A stretch of 29,935 nucleotides of DNA from IMG/VR virus record IMGVR_UViG_3300034168_000165, positions 1-29,935 of that record; one strand, written 5' to 3'. Origin of the DNA: a virus. Lineage: Duplodnaviria; Caudoviricetes. Positions 16,143 to 26,857 of this stretch are shown here, piece after piece. The position numbers and the translations under genes are program-made. Within the stretch, counting starts at the first letter, position 1; each line of letters starts with the position of its first letter. The notes under the pieces are model-generated. The model saw only the letters and a program-made list of their open reading frames with translations. It did not search any database and was not told the DNA's origin.

Positions 16143-16406
16143 ATGAAAGTAAAGGAAGAACATAAAGGCAAAGTAATAACTATTAACGATGGAATTTTGG
16201 GTATGATTAAAATAGACTTAAACACTATAAAACCAATGCAAGAACGCAGACTTATTGCTTTAGGTTACACGCATTTATTTGAAGACGAAAAGGTCGAATC
16301 GCACGAACCAGAATTTACACCAACTTCTCCAGAGGTAATTGAAGCATTGACTGAAATTATAGAAGCACCAGTAAAGAAAACAACACGTAAAAAGAAAGTA
16401 CAATGA
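16143..16406 (+). CDS. Hypothetical protein
   Basis: Start moved to ATG 16143; acidic then basic C-tail. Confidence 0.7.
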   Translation: MKVKEEHKGKVITINDGILGMIKIDLNTIKPMQERRLIALGYTHLFEDEKVESHEPEFTPTSPEVIEALTEIIEAPVKKTTRKKKVQ

Positions 16407-16579
16407 GATACTTTATAATTCACTATTCACGTTCAATGTACGAAAGAATGCAAAGAATGGTCAATGCAATAGTAGATGAGAACACACACGTTTGTTTCTA
16501 CGAGTACACATCTGACGAACCGCACGAAGTAATGATTAATATGGTAAGTGAAGACGAATTTCTAAAACACTACGAATGA
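16403..16579 (+). CDS. 58 aa hypothetical protein (absent from ORF track)
   Basis: MRYFIIHYS...SEDEFLKHYE; ATGA overlaps at both ends. Confidence 0.75.
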   Translation: MRYFIIHYSRSMYERMQRMVNAIVDENTHVCFYEYTSDEPHEVMINMVSEDEFLKHYE

Positions 16580-16989
16580 AGCCAAAATACATAAAGACAC
16601 CAGAAGCAATGTACCAACTATTCGAGGAGTACAAAGTAAGTTTAACACCAAGAGAAATACAAAAGGCAACACCCAAAGGAGTAGTATCTGAATTTCATTT
16701 GCCACCTTTGACAATGTCTGGTTTTAGAACGTTCTGCCATAAAAAAGGAGTTACAATAGTACATTACTTTTCAAATACCGATAATTCATATATTGAGTAT
16801 CGTACAATCTGTACGCATATAGAGGATGAAATCAGAACAGACCAAATAGAAGGTGGTATGGTTGGACAATTCAATCCGTCAATTACGCAACGACTAAACA
16901 ACTTAACGGAACGCACAGACGTAACCACACAAGGTCAGCAAGTGAACGATATTAAAATAACTATTGTAGGTTCAAATGACGCATCATAA
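16576..16989 (+). CDS. terS: Terminase small subunit (P22 gp3-like DNA packaging protein)
   Basis: TPEAMYQLFEEY, PLTMSGF, IRTDQIEGGMVGQFNPSITQRLNNL; upstream of terL. Confidence 0.85.
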   Translation: MKPKYIKTPEAMYQLFEEYKVSLTPREIQKATPKGVVSEFHLPPLTMSGFRTFCHKKGVTIVHYFSNTDNSYIEYRTICTHIEDEIRTDQIEGGMVGQFNPSITQRLNNLTERTDVTTQGQQVNDIKITIVGSNDAS

Positions 16990-17149
16990 TCCAATTTATA
17001 TGATAGCAGTTGTAGAGGAATATATCTACAAAATGAAAGGAGTACACGTTACAATTGATAAAAACATAGTAAACGACCCTCAACAACTTTTAAAACTACA
17101 CATAGCGTTTCAAACTGCAAATGGAAATCAAAGCGACAAAGGTATTTGA
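16976..17149 (+). CDS. 57 aa hypothetical protein between terS and terL (absent from ORF track)
   Basis: MTHHNPIYMIAVVEEYIYKMKG...; fills the gap and overlaps both genes. Confidence 0.65.
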   Translation: MTHHNPIYMIAVVEEYIYKMKGVHVTIDKNIVNDPQQLLKLHIAFQTANGNQSDKGI

Positions 17150-18272
17150 AAAGAACTATAAAGCCTTAGAAGACAATTCTATTCGCTTTCTAATCAATCA
17201 AGGTGGTTCACGTTCCAGTAAGACTTATTCGCTTTGTCAATTGCTTATTGTGTGGTGCTTGGCTAATCCAAACAAAGTAGTGTCAATAGTTCGTAAAACG
17301 TTTCCAGCGTTACGTGCAACCGTGATGAGAGATTTTTTTGAGGTGCTTAAAGACTTGGACTTGTACGAAAAGTCAAACCACAATATGAGTGAGAATATAT
17401 ATCGCTTTGCAAATGGTTCGATTGTAGAGTTCTTTAGTGTTGACGATGAGCAAAAGATACGAGGGCGTAAACGTGACATCGGTTGGTGCAATGAGGCGAA
17501 TGAGTTATGGTTTGAGGATTTTCAACAATTGAATATGCGTACTGAATCAAAACTTATATTTGACTACAATCCGTCTGAGTCTGCATCTTGGTTGTATGAA
17601 CTACCAGAACAAGAAAGCGTCTTAATTAAATCAACATACAAAGACAATCCGTTCTTACCTGAATCAATCAAACGACAGATTGAAGACTTGCAACGAACAG
17701 ACGAAGCATTGTACCAAATTTATGCACTTGGAGAGAAAGCAGTAAGTAAATTAAATATATACTCAAATTGGACATTTGTAAAACATAGAGGGCCACGCTT
17801 TGTAAATTTTGTTTATGGTCTTGACTTTGGTTACAATCACCCAACTGCATTGGTTAAAGTTTACTATTGCGACAAAGACATTTACATTGAACCGATTATA
17901 TACGAATCATATTTAACGACTACACAACTAATTGAACGCTTTGAGCAATTGAATGTAGATAAGCATACGGACATCTTAGCGGATTACTCACGACCAGAAA
18001 TTATTGCAGAACTACAAACGGCTGGATACAATGTAGGCAATGCGAATAAGGTAGTTAAAAAAGGAATTGACAACGTTAAAACTTTCGGAGTATATGCAGA
18101 GGACTATCCACCATTGAAAAAGGAATACGACAACTACAAATGGAAGAAGATAGGCGACATTATAACAGATGAGCCAGTTAAACTATTTGACGATGCTATG
18201 GATGCGGTTCGATACGCTACAACTTACATAAGAGAGATGTACTATTCAGACGATGCTTACATTGCTTTTTAA
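17121..18272 (+). CDS. terL: Terminase large subunit (PBSX/SPP1-like)
   Basis: GGSRSSKT Walker A, WCNEANE Walker B, DYNP, GLDFGYNHP, DDAMDAVRY. Confidence 0.96.
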   Translation: MEIKATKVFEKNYKALEDNSIRFLINQGGSRSSKTYSLCQLLIVWCLANPNKVVSIVRKTFPALRATVMRDFFEVLKDLDLYEKSNHNMSENIYRFANGSIVEFFSVDDEQKIRGRKRDIGWCNEANELWFEDFQQLNMRTESKLIFDYNPSESASWLYELPEQESVLIKSTYKDNPFLPESIKRQIEDLQRTDEALYQIYALGEKAVSKLNIYSNWTFVKHRGPRFVNFVYGLDFGYNHPTALVKVYYCDKDIYIEPIIYESYLTTTQLIERFEQLNVDKHTDILADYSRPEIIAELQTAGYNVGNANKVVKKGIDNVKTFGVYAEDYPPLKKEYDNYKWKKIGDIITDEPVKLFDDAMDAVRYATTYIREMYYSDDAYIAF

Positions 18273-18299
18273 AAACGAAATTTAAAAACAAAACAATAT
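18273..18299 (+). promoter_or_regulatory. Putative late promoter 2
   Basis: AAAC-gaaatttaaaaacaaa-ACAATAT. Confidence 0.75.
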
Positions 18300-18316
18300 A
18301 AATAAAAACAAAAGAA

Positions 18317-18589
18317 ATGGGAACAAATTTGATGGGCGAATTAGTCGCTAACTTAGGAACGTACATAGTTAACAATACAACGGAAGTAACTAAGACTATT
18401 GATGCTATTGTTGTACTTGAAGACACTATCTTTAGTTCGATTAAAGTTGCTGGTACAGATGCAAAGAGTACATACTTAGCAGACGCAACAAAAGCAATTA
18501 AAGCTGGTGCAATTATCACACCGATTAACGATGTGCAGTTTAGCGGAGTGACGTTAACAAGTGGTTCAATCGCTTTAGTATTAGGTTAA
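18317..18589 (+). CDS. Small beta-rich virion protein (possible spike/appendage base)
   Basis: 90 aa ending FSGVTLTSGSIALVLG; directly before the module protein. Confidence 0.5.
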   Translation: MGTNLMGELVANLGTYIVNNTTEVTKTIDAIVVLEDTIFSSIKVAGTDAKSTYLADATKAIKAGAIITPINDVQFSGVTLTSGSIALVLG

Positions 18590-18590
18590 G

Positions 18591-20168
18591 ATGTACGGAT
18601 ACGGATACTCGCTTTACAATAGGTTAGCCTTCTTAGGTGGGTTAGACTCAGATGCAACCGCATTCTTTTCTGCTACTGGAATCACTGACCCAACAATTCA
18701 AGGTGCTATTAATTCTTTATGTGTTGATTTAAAGACGTATGGAGTTTGGGATAAAATGAAAGCTATTTATCCTTTTGTTGGTGGAACTGCAAATACACAT
18801 TCTTATAATTTAGTTAATACTGCACTACATCAAATTACTTGGTTTGGTGGATTAACGCACGATGCAAATGGAGTTACTCCAAATGGTACTAATGGTTACG
18901 GAAACTTAAACTTTAACCCAAGAACACATTTAGGTGCTCAATCTTCAATGGGCACTTACATTCGAGTTAATAATACATTAAGTGGTAAAGTTGATTATGG
19001 TAGTAGTAATTTAGATGGTTTTCAAAATGCTTGTTTAATTGCTTCATTTGGCAATCTTATTTATTTTCAAAATATAGGAGGGGTTAATAACATTACAACA
19101 CCTAATGCAACAACAAACGCATTCTTTCATACTGGAGTAGATACAAGTAATAATATATTTGCATATAAAAATAATACTTTAATGCTTAGTAAAACACCAG
19201 CAGTTATTGGTACACCACCTAATGTTAACACAACATTATTTGCATATAATGCTGGAGGTGTTGGTTCATTTTCGCCAAGACCTTCATCATTTTTCTTTGC
19301 TGGTTCAGGTATAACACAAGAAGATAATGGTAATATTTATTATTGCATTCAAAAATTTCAAACTACTTTAGGTCGCCAAGTTGGTACACCTATCTATTCA
19401 TCTAATGCAACAGATGTTAATGCTCGTTTGTTCTTAGGAGCAACAAACATTCAAGACGCAACAATCACAAGTGCAGTAGATACTTTAGTGCAAGGTTTAA
19501 AAACGGATGGAGTATGGAGTAAGTTAAAAGCGGTTTATCCTTTCGTAGGTGGAACGGCAACAACGCACAAGTTTAATCTTGCTAATGCTTTAGATGAGGA
19601 TACTTCGTTTAGATTAGCGTTTAGTGGTGGATGGACACACGCAAATACTGGAGCGACACCGAATGGAACGAATGGTTTTGCTAATACGTTTTTTAATCCG
19701 TCATTAAATTTAACTGCTTCAAGTTCACACGTTACGTTCTATTCACGTACAAACTTTGCACCAGCATCTCCAGCAGATAAATGTTTTTATGGGGTATTAA
19801 AAACAAGTAATTATTTTATAGCTGATTTATATTTAAGCAATTATACAACAGCGTATACACATAGTGGCTCTTTTACATATAATGCTTTAAACACTGGTTC
19901 TACTGGTTTGATAATGGTTAAAAATATTGGGGGTACACAGAAATTTTTAAGAAATAATGTAACTATTCATACTTCAAACCCATCTGGGGGATATGCAAAT
20001 GATAACATTTACTTAAATGCTTTAAATTTAAACGGAACATCTGTAACTAATTACTCTCCTTATCAATGTGCTTTTGCAAGTTTTGGAGATGGACTAACAG
20101 ACACTGAAGCATCAAATCTTTACACACGAGTACAAGCCTTTCAAACAACTTTAAATAGACAAGTATAA
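18591..20168 (+). CDS. Putative virion appendage/adhesin with two tandem ~250 aa modules
   Basis: MYGYGYS start; two YPFVGGTA...FQTTLxRQV repeats; paralog of 1572..2447. Confidence 0.65.
   Translation: MYGYGYSLYNRLAFLGGLDSDATAFFSATGITDPTIQGAINSLCVDLKTYGVWDKMKAIYPFVGGTANTHSYNLVNTALHQITWFGGLTHDANGVTPNGTNGYGNLNFNPRTHLGAQSSMGTYIRVNNTLSGKVDYGSSNLDGFQNACLIASFGNLIYFQNIGGVNNITTPNATTNAFFHTGVDTSNNIFAYKNNTLMLSKTPAVIGTPPNVNTTLFAYNAGGVGSFSPRPSSFFFAGSGITQEDNGNIYYCIQKFQTTLGRQVGTPIYSSNATDVNARLFLGATNIQDATITSAVDTLVQGLKTDGVWSKLKAVYPFVGGTATTHKFNLANALDEDTSFRLAFSGGWTHANTGATPNGTNGFANTFFNPSLNLTASSSHVTFYSRTNFAPASPADKCFYGVLKTSNYFIADLYLSNYTTAYTHSGSFTYNALNTGSTGLIMVKNIGGTQKFLRNNVTIHTSNPSGGYANDNIYLNALNLNGTSVTNYSPYQCAFASFGDGLTDTEASNLYTRVQAFQTTLNRQV
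18746..19380 (+). repeat. Dispersed direct repeat, copy B
   Basis: Aligns with ~1808..2445. Confidence 0.95.
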
Positions 20169-20416
20169 TGAAACTAAACCAAATTACAACCGAAGACTTA
20201 AACACCTTAGTAGGTCTATTAAACCAAGAACAAAAAGATTCTTTAGTGGGACAATTGTACACATCTGATTCTTACTTCAACCCAATTCAAGACGCAAATG
20301 ATAATTGGATTATCTCAACGGAAGAAATGATAAACTGCACTAACGAAAAGTTTATGTGGGTTAAAGAGTTAGAATTGATTACATACGTACCAAAAGAAGT
20401 AACACCGATAGTATAA
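20168..20416 (+). CDS. Small partner protein, paralog of 2447..2659
   Basis: EQKDSLVGQLYTSDSYFNPIQDANDNWIISTEE. Confidence 0.75.
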   Translation: MKLNQITTEDLNTLVGLLNQEQKDSLVGQLYTSDSYFNPIQDANDNWIISTEEMINCTNEKFMWVKELELITYVPKEVTPIV

Positions 20417-21825
20417 TGGCGATGACTAAGATTGCAGAAGTTTACGACTTCGCACCAGCATACAACCCTTTAATGTTTATATACAACTCAACGAATAAAA
20501 ACAAGTTGGGTTTTAAATATATCTTTCAAGTGTATGCAAGTGGCACGGCTACAAAAATAGGAGAGTATAAAGTTCTACCAAGATTCAGCGATGGATACGG
20601 ACAAATAGACTTATCTAAACTTCTGCAATCACAAGTTACATTCAATATTAACGTAACAAATCCAAGCGACTGTTATTATAATTACGATGTTAAGATAGGC
20701 GAAGAATATATACAAGGAGTTGCTTATTCAAGTTCATTAACTAATAACGCTGGATTCGTAAAGATTACAAGTGCGACACATACGTTTGTTGTAGGCGACC
20801 AAGTAAGTATTAAGCAAGCTGATGATGGTTTGGCAAATCCACTTATTGAGGGCTTATTCGTTGTCAAGTCGGTGCAGTCTTCAACTCAGTTTACTATTAG
20901 TGCTTTATGGTCAAACGTAAACAACGCAACAATAGATGGAAACGTTTACTTTGCAGACAATAGAAAGACTCAAACTTTAGCCATAATTACAGAATCTGAT
21001 AAGTATGTGTTTAATGGGGTTCGTTCGTGGGTAGATTACACTACATACAATGAAAATCAATACTTAATTGATACTATCAACAACACGCAGTTGTTTGTAA
21101 CAGACTTACCGACTACTGGCTTTTCACTTACACCGACACAAAACTTGTGGTTAAACGTAGCGAACAACTTTGAAACGTCAGATTTGTATTGTATTATTTA
21201 CACCAATACGGGACAATTCAGATATAGCATAACAAACGCAAACATAATGACTCAGTTATGCATTGGAGTAGATGGCAACCCAGATATTATAGATTCAGGT
21301 TCTTTGCCTATGGTTGACGAGGACACAACAACAATTTCATTTCAAATAGTAAACGATGGCTTAGATGAGTTTTCTCAATACTATGTAGTAGATGTTGACC
21401 AACGATGTAGAATAAACGAGTACGATGTTTATTTTATGGACAGAATGGGTAGTATAGCTTCGTTTGGTTTCAGTTTAAAATCGTATGAAAACGGAACAAT
21501 CGCACGTCAAACATACAACAAAGTGAACGAGGGTTTTGTAAGTGGTCAAATGTGGAATTATCGAACTACTGAATTTGGACAAACGGCATACTCAATTCAA
21601 TTAGATAAAACATTTGAGTTGAATACTGACTGGATGACTGAAGAAATGAACGTGTACTTTGAGCAGTTACTTACTTCGCCTATTACGTTTGTAAGATTCG
21701 GAGATGACTACATTTCTTGTCAAGTTACAGATTCATCGTTTGAGGTTAATCGTAGACGTAACAAAAACTTGATTCGTAAAACAATCACAATTAAATTAGC
21801 AAATCAAAATACTATAAATGTTTAA
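20416..21825 (+). CDS. Tail structural protein (distal tail/baseplate-like)
   Basis: 469 aa beta-rich; C-terminal FMDRMG..LNTDW..FEQLLTSP; context. Confidence 0.55.
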   Translation: MAMTKIAEVYDFAPAYNPLMFIYNSTNKNKLGFKYIFQVYASGTATKIGEYKVLPRFSDGYGQIDLSKLLQSQVTFNINVTNPSDCYYNYDVKIGEEYIQGVAYSSSLTNNAGFVKITSATHTFVVGDQVSIKQADDGLANPLIEGLFVVKSVQSSTQFTISALWSNVNNATIDGNVYFADNRKTQTLAIITESDKYVFNGVRSWVDYTTYNENQYLIDTINNTQLFVTDLPTTGFSLTPTQNLWLNVANNFETSDLYCIIYTNTGQFRYSITNANIMTQLCIGVDGNPDIIDSGSLPMVDEDTTTISFQIVNDGLDEFSQYYVVDVDQRCRINEYDVYFMDRMGSIASFGFSLKSYENGTIARQTYNKVNEGFVSGQMWNYRTTEFGQTAYSIQLDKTFELNTDWMTEEMNVYFEQLLTSPITFVRFGDDYISCQVTDSSFEVNRRRNKNLIRKTITIKLANQNTINV

Positions 21826-24367
21826 CGTACAAATTCAATTAGAAAGTGGTTATTTAGATGTCAAAGAAGGAACTGCTTTTCCTTTGAATTTCGGAGTAGC
21901 TGATATTCGTGACGTATCAAAACGAAGCGGTGCGTTTTCAAAGACTATTGTATTAAGTGGTACAAAGAACAATCATAATCTTTTAAACCATTATTATGAT
22001 GTCAATATTCAAACTGGCGACTTTAACATAGATACGTTAACAAAATGTAGCATCATTCAAAATGGTATTCCTATTCTTGAAAATGCAGTTTTACAATTGT
22101 TATCAGTAAACAAAAAACAAGATGGTGCAAACTATGAGGAGTTTGTAGAATATGAAGTACTTGTAAAAGATGATGCTTCGGATTTCTTTGTTAAGTTAGA
22201 CAATAGCGAGTTAACAGATTTAGACTTCAGCGACTTAGACCACGTTATTAGTTCTGCCAACATTGTGTCAAGTTGGTCGCACGATGTGAATGATGGTTAT
22301 AAGTATTTATTAGGCTACCAGAATACAAGTAATTATACTTTAAAGGAAGCGAAACCAGCAATATATGCAAAGACTTACTTCGATAAGATATTTGCTTCAC
22401 AAGGATTTGCTTATACTTGGAACTCTTTAGAGGTTGATAGGTTTGACAAGTTACTTATTCCATTTGTTGGAGATGTAAAACGAGATATTTATAATAATTA
22501 TTTAGTAGAGGCAACGGCAACAAAATCATTTAGTACTTTATTCAATACACCAGCAAGTGCATACGTTACAAACTACACCGAGATAGTAGACGAATTAAAT
22601 TTATTCAATCCTACTACTGGAATTTATGACACACCATTTACATTAAGTACTGGAGATTCTTACAATTTTCAAGTGGATATTGACTACTCAATTAACTTGC
22701 TTAATTCAAGTGGTGCAATTGCATACTTAATTGATTTTTTATTCTTAGCTACTGGTCAAGGCCCGAATTATTCAGCAATGTACATTCGACCATTTGTAGC
22801 GATATATAAAAATGGTACTCAGATTTCAGTTACTTATTCTGATGCAGTTGGAGTTCCTTTGACGTTAACTTCTGCTTTAAGTACGAACATAGAAAATAGA
22901 CTTAAAACGTTTAACATACCAGTATCTGGAATTGTTGCTGGTGATGATTTGCAAGTTGCTATTGGAATGCACATATCAGTTGCACCAAATAACAACTTTT
23001 CTCCTTCTGCTATGGTTTGGAGAAGTGCAAATAGTTCTCCTTGGGGTTCGCCAGTTATTATCAATTCTCAAATGGTAGCTAATTCAGTTAAAATAAAAGT
23101 ACTACCATCGTCAACAACGGTAATAAGTGGTACAAATATTAATTTAAGTGGATTTGTTCCGTCAAAGATTAAGCAAAAGGATTTCTTAAAGTCTATTTTT
23201 CAAATGTATAATTTGTATATAGAATCAGACAAAGACAATCCAAACATATTGAACTTAACTACAAGAGATAACTTTGTTGATAGTGGAGTTGAGAAAGATT
23301 GGACTTACAAACTCGCAAAAGATAGTGAGCAAACATTACAATTTTTACCAGAATTAACTGGAAAGAAAATACAACTTACATACAAACAAGATTCAGACGA
23401 AGCAAATAAAAAGTATTTCGATACTACAAGGGAAGTATTTGGGCAAATAGAGTACACTTTCGACAATGAGTACATCAAAGGAGTAGATAAAAAAGAACTT
23501 ATATTTAGCCCTACACCATTACTTCAAACACCATTCAATGCTTTCGTTCCATCTTTTAGCTTTGCAGAACCAAAAGTAAATTTAAGAATATTGTACGATG
23601 GTGGATTGAAAGCGTGTAACTCATTTAACTTGTACGACTACGGAAATACTGGTCAAAGTGGTTTGACTTCTTATCCATACGCTGGACATTGGGACGACCC
23701 ATTGAAACCAAGTTTTGACATCAACTTTGGATTGTGTGATTTCTACTATTACTCTGGATTCCAAACTACAAACAACAACTTATATAATCAATATTGGAGA
23801 AGAACAATTGCTCAAATTAACACTGGCAAAATGTTAATCGCTTACTTTGATTTGGATGAGTTAGATATTCAATCATTAAAACTTAACGATAAAATTCGTA
23901 TTGACAATAGTTGGTGGACTATAAACAAAATTATTGACTATTCAGTTAATCAAAAGTTGCTTACTAAAGTTGAGTTAATGAGTATTGATACTGACATAGA
24001 CTTAGCACCATTCAAAACGAGTGTTCCCAAAATGGTAACGCAAGCAGAGAACACGTCAATCTTTCAAGCGATTAGCGAAGCAGTAAACAACAATATAAAC
24101 TCAATAGATAGTTCATCACAAGCGATTGTAATGGGTAGCGGTAACGTAATAGGAAGCGGTTTGAAAGGAATGTGGATAGGTAACGATTTAACACCTACTG
24201 ACGATGGTATAATTGCACCAAGTATAAAAGCATCAAACGCTGAATTTGGAATTGTTAGATTGGCTAATATACCAGTCTTTTCAAATGAAAGAGAAGCAAG
24301 AGACGCTGGACTTACTTCTGGAGATGTGTATATACATCCAAATGGAACTATGCATATTAAGTTATAA
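21818..24367 (+). CDS. Large tail tip/baseplate hub-like protein
   Basis: 849 aa; FSKTIVLSGTKNN and KQKDFLKSIFQMYNL motifs; adjacent to tape measure. Confidence 0.6.
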   Translation: MFNVQIQLESGYLDVKEGTAFPLNFGVADIRDVSKRSGAFSKTIVLSGTKNNHNLLNHYYDVNIQTGDFNIDTLTKCSIIQNGIPILENAVLQLLSVNKKQDGANYEEFVEYEVLVKDDASDFFVKLDNSELTDLDFSDLDHVISSANIVSSWSHDVNDGYKYLLGYQNTSNYTLKEAKPAIYAKTYFDKIFASQGFAYTWNSLEVDRFDKLLIPFVGDVKRDIYNNYLVEATATKSFSTLFNTPASAYVTNYTEIVDELNLFNPTTGIYDTPFTLSTGDSYNFQVDIDYSINLLNSSGAIAYLIDFLFLATGQGPNYSAMYIRPFVAIYKNGTQISVTYSDAVGVPLTLTSALSTNIENRLKTFNIPVSGIVAGDDLQVAIGMHISVAPNNNFSPSAMVWRSANSSPWGSPVIINSQMVANSVKIKVLPSSTTVISGTNINLSGFVPSKIKQKDFLKSIFQMYNLYIESDKDNPNILNLTTRDNFVDSGVEKDWTYKLAKDSEQTLQFLPELTGKKIQLTYKQDSDEANKKYFDTTREVFGQIEYTFDNEYIKGVDKKELIFSPTPLLQTPFNAFVPSFSFAEPKVNLRILYDGGLKACNSFNLYDYGNTGQSGLTSYPYAGHWDDPLKPSFDINFGLCDFYYYSGFQTTNNNLYNQYWRRTIAQINTGKMLIAYFDLDELDIQSLKLNDKIRIDNSWWTINKIIDYSVNQKLLTKVELMSIDTDIDLAPFKTSVPKMVTQAENTSIFQAISEAVNNNINSIDSSSQAIVMGSGNVIGSGLKGMWIGNDLTPTDDGIIAPSIKASNAEFGIVRLANIPVFSNEREARDAGLTSGDVYIHPNGTMHIKL

Positions 24368-24394
24368 AAACGAAATTTAAGCAACTGACAATAT
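24368..24394 (+). promoter_or_regulatory. Putative late promoter 3
   Basis: AAAC-gaaatttaagcaactg-ACAATAT, 4 nt before ATG. Confidence 0.75.
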
Positions 24395-24398
24395 AGTT

Positions 24399-26417
24399 AT
24401 GGCTGGACAAAGTATAGAGATTCCTATTAAGTTAGGTGGATTAGCACAAATAAAAAGTGAATTAAGAGAACTTAAAGGGGAGTTGGCTAATGCTACTGAC
24501 CCAGAACAAATGCAACAACTGGCACAACGTGCTGGGGAATTACAAGATAAATTATCAGATGCAAACGAAGCGGTTAAAAACTTTGCTTCTGGTTCTAAAT
24601 TTGAGCAAATAGGTAATTCATTCGGCTCAATGAAAGATTCTATAATGAGTCTTGACTTTGAGGAAGCAAGCCAAAAGGCTACTATGTTCAGCAAGTCGTT
24701 GACAAGTTTAAAGCCAACGGACATAGGTAATTCAATCAAAGGACTTATTGGGGTTGTTGGTCAATTAGGAAAAGCATTTGTTACGTTTGGACTTCAGCTT
24801 TTAGCTAATCCTATATTCTTACTTGTAGCGGTTATTGTTGCGGTTGTTGTTGGTTTGGTTTTATTAGCAAATAAACTCGGACTTATTAAGCCAATACTTG
24901 ACGCTATGTCTAAAGCGTTTGACTATGTTATTCAGAAGTTAAAAGATTTTGCTGACTGGTTAGGGCTTACAAACTTTGCAGAAGAAGACAAAGCTAAAAA
25001 ATCTATTGAGTCAAACAAAAAGATTGCAGATTCTTACAAGACTAAAGGCGAAAAGATAGCAACTGCATACGACAGACAAATTGAGATAGCAAAAATTGAG
25101 GGTAAAAACACAACTCAATTAGAAATTGCTAAACAAAAAGCTATTATTCAAACGGCTCAACTAAGACAAAAAGCATTACAACAACAACTTAAAGACAATG
25201 CGGTTAGCCATTCATTGGATAAAGACCAAATTGAAAAAATAAAAGAGGGCTTAAAAGAAACTAAAACGTTAATCGAAGATAGTACGTATAACGTCAAAAA
25301 GATTAAAGCACAAGAAGCGTCTGAGAATGCAAAGAAAAATGAGGAGATTGCAAAGAACAACAAAGAGTCTGCTAAACAACGTCAACAACAACAAATAGAA
25401 TACGCTAAACAACGTATAGAAACTGCACGACAAATTGAGGATACAAACATCGTATTGATGGATGAGGGAATCAATAAAGAGTTAAAATCAAATGAAACAA
25501 AGTACGCACGTCTTAGAGCCGACAATCTTAAAAACTCAAAATTAACCGCATTAGAACGAGCAACTATTGACTTACAACTTCAAGAGCAAGAGTTTAACGA
25601 AAAGAAAAACATACAAGCCAAGTATGACGAAGAAACAAAACTCGCTTTAGTAACATCTGAGAAAGCAAAGACAGACGAAAAGGCAAGACTTGAAGCGGAA
25701 GAAAAAACACGTTTAGATGGAGTTGCTAAATTAAAAGCTGAAACTGGTAAGACTGCACAAGAATTAGAACTTCAAAAGATACGTGCTGACTTTGAAGCTA
25801 AACGTGCAATAGCTGGAGAAGATAGTGCTTTGTTATTAGCTTTAAACGAAGAAGAAAAAAACAAACTTACAGAAACAAACGACAAGTACAGAAAGAAAGA
25901 AGAAGAAGACGAAGCAAAACTTAACGCTCAAAAGATTGAAGCAGTACAAAGTGGTTTACAAACGATTGGAAATTTAGCTGAAGCATTCGCTGGAAAATCT
26001 AAGGCATCACAAAAGAAAGCGTTCCAAGTTCAAAAGGCTGCGAATATAGCGAGTGCTACAATTGATACTTATAAAAGTGCTACTTCTGCTTTTGCATCTG
26101 CTGGTAACCCAATACTTGGGGCGGTTATGGCTGCGATTGCAGTTGCTGCTGGATTGATTAACATTAAAAAGATTTCGTCTACTACATTTGATGGTGGTGC
26201 TGGTGCGTCTGCTGGTGGTGGTGGTAGTGCTACTGCATCAATTCCTACAATGTCGCCACAAACATCTATGTATTCAAGTGGAAACGACAAAGCGAATAAC
26301 TTAAGTTCTACCAATAATGGACTTGAACAACCAGTCATTAAAGCGGTTGTAGTTGAATCTGAAATAACGGCATCACAAAATAAAATGAATAAAATAAAAG
26401 AATCTGCAACGCTATGA
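24399..26417 (+). CDS. Tail tape measure protein
   Basis: 672 aa helical, ANPIFLLVAVIVAVVVGLVLL hydrophobic segment, long coiled coil, Ala/Gly-rich C-terminus. Confidence 0.85.
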   Translation: MAGQSIEIPIKLGGLAQIKSELRELKGELANATDPEQMQQLAQRAGELQDKLSDANEAVKNFASGSKFEQIGNSFGSMKDSIMSLDFEEASQKATMFSKSLTSLKPTDIGNSIKGLIGVVGQLGKAFVTFGLQLLANPIFLLVAVIVAVVVGLVLLANKLGLIKPILDAMSKAFDYVIQKLKDFADWLGLTNFAEEDKAKKSIESNKKIADSYKTKGEKIATAYDRQIEIAKIEGKNTTQLEIAKQKAIIQTAQLRQKALQQQLKDNAVSHSLDKDQIEKIKEGLKETKTLIEDSTYNVKKIKAQEASENAKKNEEIAKNNKESAKQRQQQQIEYAKQRIETARQIEDTNIVLMDEGINKELKSNETKYARLRADNLKNSKLTALERATIDLQLQEQEFNEKKNIQAKYDEETKLALVTSEKAKTDEKARLEAEEKTRLDGVAKLKAETGKTAQELELQKIRADFEAKRAIAGEDSALLLALNEEEKNKLTETNDKYRKKEEEDEAKLNAQKIEAVQSGLQTIGNLAEAFAGKSKASQKKAFQVQKAANIASATIDTYKSATSAFASAGNPILGAVMAAIAVAAGLINIKKISSTTFDGGAGASAGGGGSATASIPTMSPQTSMYSSGNDKANNLSSTNNGLEQPVIKAVVVESEITASQNKMNKIKESATL

Positions 26418-26857
26418 GTTACCAAACAATTATAAATAAGATGACTGCGTTTTGTGACGCACATTTACAAGTTAAAAAATTCGGTTCGGACTTCAAAGAA
26501 CAGATGCCAAACTTCGCTACTAAAGACGAGAAGTATCCTATTGTTTACGCAGTACCAACTTCAACAAGTGCTGGACTTAACACAAGACAATTTAACTTTG
26601 ATGTTTATTGCTTGGATATAATTCAAAAAGACCGACAAAATATAAACGTAATTTTATCAGATACTGAATTGATACTTAACGATTTTTATTTGTACTTTTA
26701 CGATGGTCAAGATTTAAGCATTGACGTAATTAGCCCAATGAACACAACACCATTGAATAACTTTGATTTAGATTATTGTGCTGGATGGGTAATGACTATT
26801 ACATTTGAAATTGCAAATCTACCAGAGTGTGTTATACCAATTGAAATACCGAACTAA
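26414..26857 (+). CDS. Putative tail terminator/completion protein
   Basis: 147 aa acidic beta protein (YPIVY, FNFDVYCLD, AGWVMTITF); context. Confidence 0.55.
   Translation: MSYQTIINKMTAFCDAHLQVKKFGSDFKEQMPNFATKDEKYPIVYAVPTSTSAGLNTRQFNFDVYCLDIIQKDRQNINVILSDTELILNDFYLYFYDGQDLSIDVISPMNTTPLNNFDLDYCAGWVMTITFEIANLPECVIPIEIPN

Noticed and set aside
1808-19380. Repeat pair as a diversity-generating retroelement TR/VR
   Set aside because: Both copies are coding, core differences are synonymous and not adenine-specific, and no reverse transcriptase is in the window
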